DNA from: Planctomycetota bacterium
GTDB taxonomy: Bacteria; Planctomycetota; GCA-002687715; DRQF01
Assembly (NCBI GenBank): GCA_036479435.1
Contig: JAZGFI010000141.1
Coordinates: 1 to 19,748 of the forward strand
DNA: 19,748 bases
Direction of reading: 5' to 3'
Shown: positions 15,282-19,748 of the stretch, piece by piece
Layout of the letters: each line of letters starts with the position of its first letter
Numbering within the stretch: the first letter of the stretch is position 1
The notes under the pieces: generated by a model
The model's database searches: none
What the model saw: only the letters and a program-made list of their open reading frames with translations
Told to the model about the DNA's origin: nothing
Made by a program: the position numbers and the translations under genes

Positions 15282-15311
15282 TTGCAGTCCCGAGGACAGA
15301 CCGGGTACAAT
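15282..15311 (+). promoter_or_regulatory. Putative sigma70-type promoter for the kinase-subtilase pair
   Basis: TTGCAG (15282-15287)-N18-TACAAT (15306-15311), 76 nt upstream of ATG 15388. Confidence 0.35.
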
Positions 15312-15387
15312 GCGCAGCGACTTGACCCGAAAGCGACCCTGTCGTCGCGGGTCCACGGTCCACAGGCAGCGAGGTCAAATCCCGAAC

Positions 15388-18108
15388 ATGAAGAGCCGCC
15401 AACAAAGCCATTCCGAGCCGCCGGACGACGAAACACGAAAGATCGTTCGCTCGGAACTACAATCATACTTCGGGAAAACCGCGACCACCCGTCGAGACCG
15501 AGACCAAAACAAAGCTGGAGAGAAGTCCGACCACCAGGCCTTCATGGTCGACCTTGAAGACTGGCTCGTCTCACATGTCACTCCTTCGGGCATCGCTGCC
15601 AGGTCATTCGGCCCCTATCGAATAGAAAAACAGCTCGGCAGAGGCGGCATGGGGGCGGTGTATCTAGCGAGTCGCGAAGGGATCACCGATAAAGTGGCGC
15701 TCAAAGTCTCGGACCGTCACTCGGGGAAGCCCGACCTCCGAGACGAAGCCAAGATGCTTGGATTAGTCAATCATCCGAACGTCGTGGGGGTCATCGATTC
15801 GGGGGCCACTTCGGAACACACCTGGATGGCCATGGAACTCCTCACCGGGCGCAACCTCGCCGACTATCTATTGGGAGATGGTGACTTGTCTTCCGGGTTC
15901 ATCTCTTTTGAGGATTCGGATTCATCGCAAACGGGCGCAGTTGGCAGGAGCGATCACCAGCTCTTACCCGTCGCCGACGTCATCCAAGTTTTTCGCGACC
16001 TTTTGAGTGCCCTAGATACGCTGCACGTGGTCGGACTCATTCACCGTGACATCAAACCCGCCAACATCATGATCAGCGACGAGGGCAAAGCCTTCCTCGT
16101 CGATTTTGGTTTGGTCATCGAAGAGGATGGGGAAAGCGTCACCGGCGTCTTGGAGGGCACCATCCCTTACATGAGCCCCGAACAAACGCTCAACGGCTTT
16201 GTTGATCTCACGCCGGCCAGCGATCTCTACAGCCTCTCCGTGACATTCTTGGAGTGCCTCACCGGTTCACGAGTTGTCGATCGCAGCGGCAGCGATCATA
16301 TCTTGGAGAAGATCGCCTTTGGGCCAATGCGGCCTCCTTCCAAAGTCAGCTCGCGACTGTCCAATCGCCTCGATCCCATCTTCGCCAAGGCCTTAGCCAA
16401 GCACCCCCAGGCCAGATACAAGAGCGGCCGCGAGTTCGACGAAGACCTCGCCTGCTATCTCGCCGATCAAAGACTGGTACACGCCCGCGAGCCTCGGACC
16501 GCGGGCCTAAGGCGCTTTGCGAGGCAAAAGCCCTGGGTCACCACCTTCATCATCCTGGTTGTCCTTGCTGCGCTTGTGAGCACGGTGTTGCCACCGATCC
16601 TCAAGTCGAAGGCTCTCGACGAACTCATCGCGACATCGGATCGTTACGAGAAATCCGGCGACTTGGACTCCGCCCTTGCCGTCCTAGACGACCGCGCCGA
16701 GCGCTTTTCCGGCGATGAGCGTTTCGACGAACGCTACTTACGTTTCATTTCGCAACTCGCGCCGAGTCGCACGGAACAGCTATTTCGAGACACGAATTTT
16801 TCGATCTCCGGTAGGCCCGATCCACCCCGTGTCAAAAGGATAATCGACCAAGCCGAGTTTCATTTCAGTCGGCTGGCTTCTTCCAACGCGGATCTGCTGT
16901 GCCAGATTTGCTGGGGCCATCTTAGAGACGAACGTCACGACCTCGTCCTCGATCGGCTTGAACAACACCACGAAGTCGTGGCCAAGGATCGCAGGCTGCT
17001 CGAACTGCTGGCATGGTGCCATATAGAACGCGGCGACGGCGACGCCGTGCGCCGCGTCGACGATCGCATTCGCAGGCTTGAGGGCCAAGCGAGCGTCGCA
17101 GCTCTTTGCCTAAGGGCCAACCGTATCGTGAAGATCGCAGCCTTGCCCGAGGAAGATCAACTCGGCCTTACGATCGAGATCCAAGAACTCAGGCGTATCG
17201 AATGCGCCCTCAAAGCAGTTCTTGCCACCGAGCCTCGCCACCAGCTAGCCCGCTGTGTCTTAGGATTGCTCCTCTTCGAAATGGGCTACTACGAAGAGGC
17301 CCTCGGCGAGTTCACCGCACTGCACAAAGCCTCGGATGAGGCGGACCGCGATGCCATCCTAATCTGGAAGGCCGCGGCCGCGACGCTCGTGGCCGTCACT
17401 TCGACATCAGTCGAAGAATCGAAGGAGCGTTGGCAGGTCGCTCTGGACGACGCCGCCTTTGCCATCAAAGAGGATGAAGGCCTCCTCGCTTTCCTCGCTG
17501 CGACGATTGGTGAAAAGGCGAGCTGGAAAGGCTCTCTAGATTGGTGTCGTCTGGTGCTTCAAAGCCCGGATCGAGCCTTCGCGGCCTTGCCATCTCAGTT
17601 TTGGGAGACCGCAAACTACGCATGCTATGAAGGATGTGGGGAGCACGCCTTTTCTGCCGTCGCCGCATTCGCTGCACTAGCCGAGGCAAGACTGCCAACT
17701 GAATGCAACACAGCATCGCTCAAGGAATGGCATCAGGTCCAAACCATTGGAGGCCTAGGGATTCTCAGCCTCGCTCAGCACAGCCACGAAGAGAAAAAGG
17801 CCGACGAGACTCTGGCGCATGTCGATCGACTCCTAAACCTCGTGGAGCGTGAGCGTCAACGAGTCGAACACGTCTCCTTCGACTTAGCCTACTCCGAAAT
17901 GGAGGCACTTTTCTTGGCAGCAAAAGCAACAGAGCCGGACAAGAGGAACGTCTGGCAGGAACGAGCTTCAAAGGCCCTCAAAGGCTTCCTGCACCCCGAG
18001 ACTCTCGAAAGGGCCCTCTTGGGAGCAAGCCGCGATGAAGAGCGTGAGAGCATTAAGGCGATGCATCAGCGCATAGCAAAACTCCGAAGTTCGCAGGCGC
18101 AAAATTAA
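15388..18108 (+). CDS. Hanks-type Ser/Thr protein kinase with one TM helix and a C-terminal helical/TPR-like region, about 906 aa
   Basis: Kinase motifs LGRGGMGAVY, VALK, HRDIKPAN, DFGL, GTIPYMSPEQ and SDLYSL. TM segment WVTTFIILVVLAALVSTVL. TPR-like ARCVLGLLLFEMGYYEEALGEF. The start is uncertain: ATG 15388 after GAGGT is preferred over the track's TTG 15277. Confidence 0.92.
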   Translation: MKSRQQSHSEPPDDETRKIVRSELQSYFGKTATTRRDRDQNKAGEKSDHQAFMVDLEDWLVSHVTPSGIAARSFGPYRIEKQLGRGGMGAVYLASREGITDKVALKVSDRHSGKPDLRDEAKMLGLVNHPNVVGVIDSGATSEHTWMAMELLTGRNLADYLLGDGDLSSGFISFEDSDSSQTGAVGRSDHQLLPVADVIQVFRDLLSALDTLHVVGLIHRDIKPANIMISDEGKAFLVDFGLVIEEDGESVTGVLEGTIPYMSPEQTLNGFVDLTPASDLYSLSVTFLECLTGSRVVDRSGSDHILEKIAFGPMRPPSKVSSRLSNRLDPIFAKALAKHPQARYKSGREFDEDLACYLADQRLVHAREPRTAGLRRFARQKPWVTTFIILVVLAALVSTVLPPILKSKALDELIATSDRYEKSGDLDSALAVLDDRAERFSGDERFDERYLRFISQLAPSRTEQLFRDTNFSISGRPDPPRVKRIIDQAEFHFSRLASSNADLLCQICWGHLRDERHDLVLDRLEQHHEVVAKDRRLLELLAWCHIERGDGDAVRRVDDRIRRLEGQASVAALCLRANRIVKIAALPEEDQLGLTIEIQELRRIECALKAVLATEPRHQLARCVLGLLLFEMGYYEEALGEFTALHKASDEADRDAILIWKAAAATLVAVTSTSVEESKERWQVALDDAAFAIKEDEGLLAFLAATIGEKASWKGSLDWCRLVLQSPDRAFAALPSQFWETANYACYEGCGEHAFSAVAAFAALAEARLPTECNTASLKEWHQVQTIGGLGILSLAQHSHEEKKADETLAHVDRLLNLVERERQRVEHVSFDLAYSEMEALFLAAKATEPDKRNVWQERASKALKGFLHPETLERALLGASRDEERESIKAMHQRIAKLRSSQAQN

Positions 18109-18141
18109 GGATTGACGATCACGAGTTGGAGGAAGAACGAC

Positions 18142-19748
18142 ATGATTTTGGTTAAAAAGCTCGCAACACTCTTGGTGTTGATTCTCTTGGCAACCCAAGC
18201 CTTCGCACAAGTGCGATTGGGGAACTCCGACGAGATCCCCATCAGAATCTCAGTAAACCTTGCATCGGGAAAAGTAGCGAGTATCCCGATCCGTAACTTG
18301 GGCGCCGACAAGCTCATCATCTTGTTTCGAGCTACCTTCATCTCCCAACCGCAAGCCTCAAAAGTGGAGTTTAGAATCGTCGACGCTGAATCTGACGTCA
18401 ATAACCTCGGACATCTAAACCAGGCGTTCTTTCAAGTGAAGGCAGCGCAACTATCGCAGTATTCAGAGACCGCCTCCGGCAACTTGATCATCGAGAACAA
18501 GGGGCCGTCGACTGTCCTCGGTTACGTCGCGATCCCAGCTGAGCACGATGCACGCAGGCGGAAAATCTTCGTCATCCAGCCGACACCCAAAACGGTCTTG
18601 GTCGGGACCAGAATCGATGTTGTGGCCAAATCGCAGGGAGCGGAATTGATGGAGGTGCGCGCCATCATGGGCCGAGGTCGGCTTGGCCCTAGAGTCCGGG
18701 CCGAGAAAGTTGACGACCGTTTCTACATGTTCAACGTCCCAGTACCTGCTGGGCGAACGACGCTGCAATTGACCGCAATGCGCGACAACGCCACGACGAT
18801 CGAGCTGATTCCGGTGGAGGTCGTCCGAAGTTCCAGTGACTTGATGCGCCTTCCCGCGCGAAGGGTCGTAGTCGATCTCAAAAACCCTGTGCCGCTCGTG
18901 ATCCAAGACGGTGCGCTGTTCGTCAAGGACCGGGTGGAGACCTTCATCGTAGAATTCGTACAACCGCCGTCAGCAGAACTTTTAAGCAGCACTCACCCCA
19001 ATGCCAGGTTCTTAGAACAAAACTCGCCGACTCAGTTCCTGGCCGAGACCAAGCGCGAATTCGCCGCCCAATTGACGCAACAGGGAAGCGTCCACCGCTT
19101 TTGGCCCAGCGATCGACTGTCAAGATCCGTGCGGTCACACGACTTCGACGCCCATACCGCCATCGGAGCCGATCGCTTCCGCTTCGACGTCATCTTCTTT
19201 CCTCAGGTCAAAAAAGCAAAGGCACTGCGGATTCTGCGAGAAATCGATGTCGAGAGAGTTGAAGGTCCGGGAATGACCCACAACTGGACCGTCGAAGGCA
19301 GCAGGAAGCAAATGCTGAAGTTCGCAGCTTACAAGGCGGTACGGCTGGTTGACGAATCGTCTCCTCCCGCGACCGATGCCGGAGGCCTAGAACCACTCTC
19401 CGCACTGCCGACTGGCTTTGGGATCAAAGTCGGACAATGGGAAGTAAAGGGTGCCAACCCCAGTGAACCCGAACTGTCCACGGCTTTCACTAGCCGAGTG
19501 CAGCTTTTTCCTGCGACCGACGTCGACACTGCCAACGAGCACGCGACCGAAGTCGCGATCATATTCGCGGGAAAATCACAAGGCGCGGGTGCAGCGACAA
19601 TCTGGGGCGACTCCACGGAACGCACTTCTGACGAATCTCAAGCGCAAGCCGACGCCCGAGTCGAGCACAAGCTGAATCTGACCAACAATTCTTGGCGCTA
19701 CATCGATGGCGAGGCAACCTTCAACAAGTACGACCGTACTTCGCTGGG
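18142..19748 (+). CDS. Secreted subtilase-like (S8) serine protease precursor, partial (at least 535 aa, runs off the window); absent from the ORF track
   Basis: GGAGG at 18128-18132 precedes ATG 18142, and the frame stays open to the window end. Signal peptide MILVKKLATLLVLILLATQAFA. S8-like motifs in order: TGFGIKVGQWEVKG (E at 19441-19443), EHATEVAIIFAG (H at 19540-19542) and LTNNSW (19678-19695). The catalytic Ser would lie beyond the window. Confidence 0.75.
   Translation, partial: MILVKKLATLLVLILLATQAFAQVRLGNSDEIPIRISVNLASGKVASIPIRNLGADKLIILFRATFISQPQASKVEFRIVDAESDVNNLGHLNQAFFQVKAAQLSQYSETASGNLIIENKGPSTVLGYVAIPAEHDARRRKIFVIQPTPKTVLVGTRIDVVAKSQGAELMEVRAIMGRGRLGPRVRAEKVDDRFYMFNVPVPAGRTTLQLTAMRDNATTIELIPVEVVRSSSDLMRLPARRVVVDLKNPVPLVIQDGALFVKDRVETFIVEFVQPPSAELLSSTHPNARFLEQNSPTQFLAETKREFAAQLTQQGSVHRFWPSDRLSRSVRSHDFDAHTAIGADRFRFDVIFFPQVKKAKALRILREIDVERVEGPGMTHNWTVEGSRKQMLKFAAYKAVRLVDESSPPATDAGGLEPLSALPTGFGIKVGQWEVKGANPSEPELSTAFTSRVQLFPATDVDTANEHATEVAIIFAGKSQGAGAATIWGDSTERTSDESQAQADARVEHKLNLTNNSWRYIDGEATFNKYDRTSL

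Noticed and set aside
18106..18144. Kinase and subtilase are in the same frame, separated only by one TAA (possible fusion or readthrough)
   Set aside because: The stop is TAA with no recoding signal, and the second gene has its own GGAGG SD and N-terminal signal peptide.
18105..19675. Short track ORFs in the last 1.6 kb
   Set aside because: They are antisense or out-of-frame shadows of the open plus-strand frame starting at 18142.

Overview
GC-rich bacterial chromosomal segment; the gene types suggest a Planctomycetota-like host (inference). The left edge holds IS debris: the 3' end and terminal repeat of an IS256-family element and a 5'-truncated, frameshifted IS21 istB. A minus-strand run follows: biosynthetic arginine decarboxylase speA, a 2607-aa TPR-flanked alpha-2-macroglobulin-like protein with no thioester and an internal duplication, a 4-TM hypothetical protein, an exported thioredoxin-fold protein, a REC-HDOD protein lacking the phosphoacceptor Asp, and a C-terminal remnant of an S41 peptidase. 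The plus strand carries a transmembrane Hanks-type Ser/Thr kinase and a secreted subtilase-like ORF that is missing from the ORF track and runs off the window. The strongest hidden signal is that the track ORFs 13139..13375 and 11966..13114 form one gene joined by an in-frame TGA in a W-U-A-G-C (UxxC) motif, followed by a bacterial SECIS-like hairpin. This points to a probable 458-aa selenoprotein with a Trx + helical + nDsbD-like architecture. All calls come from motif reading by eye; no database searches were run.
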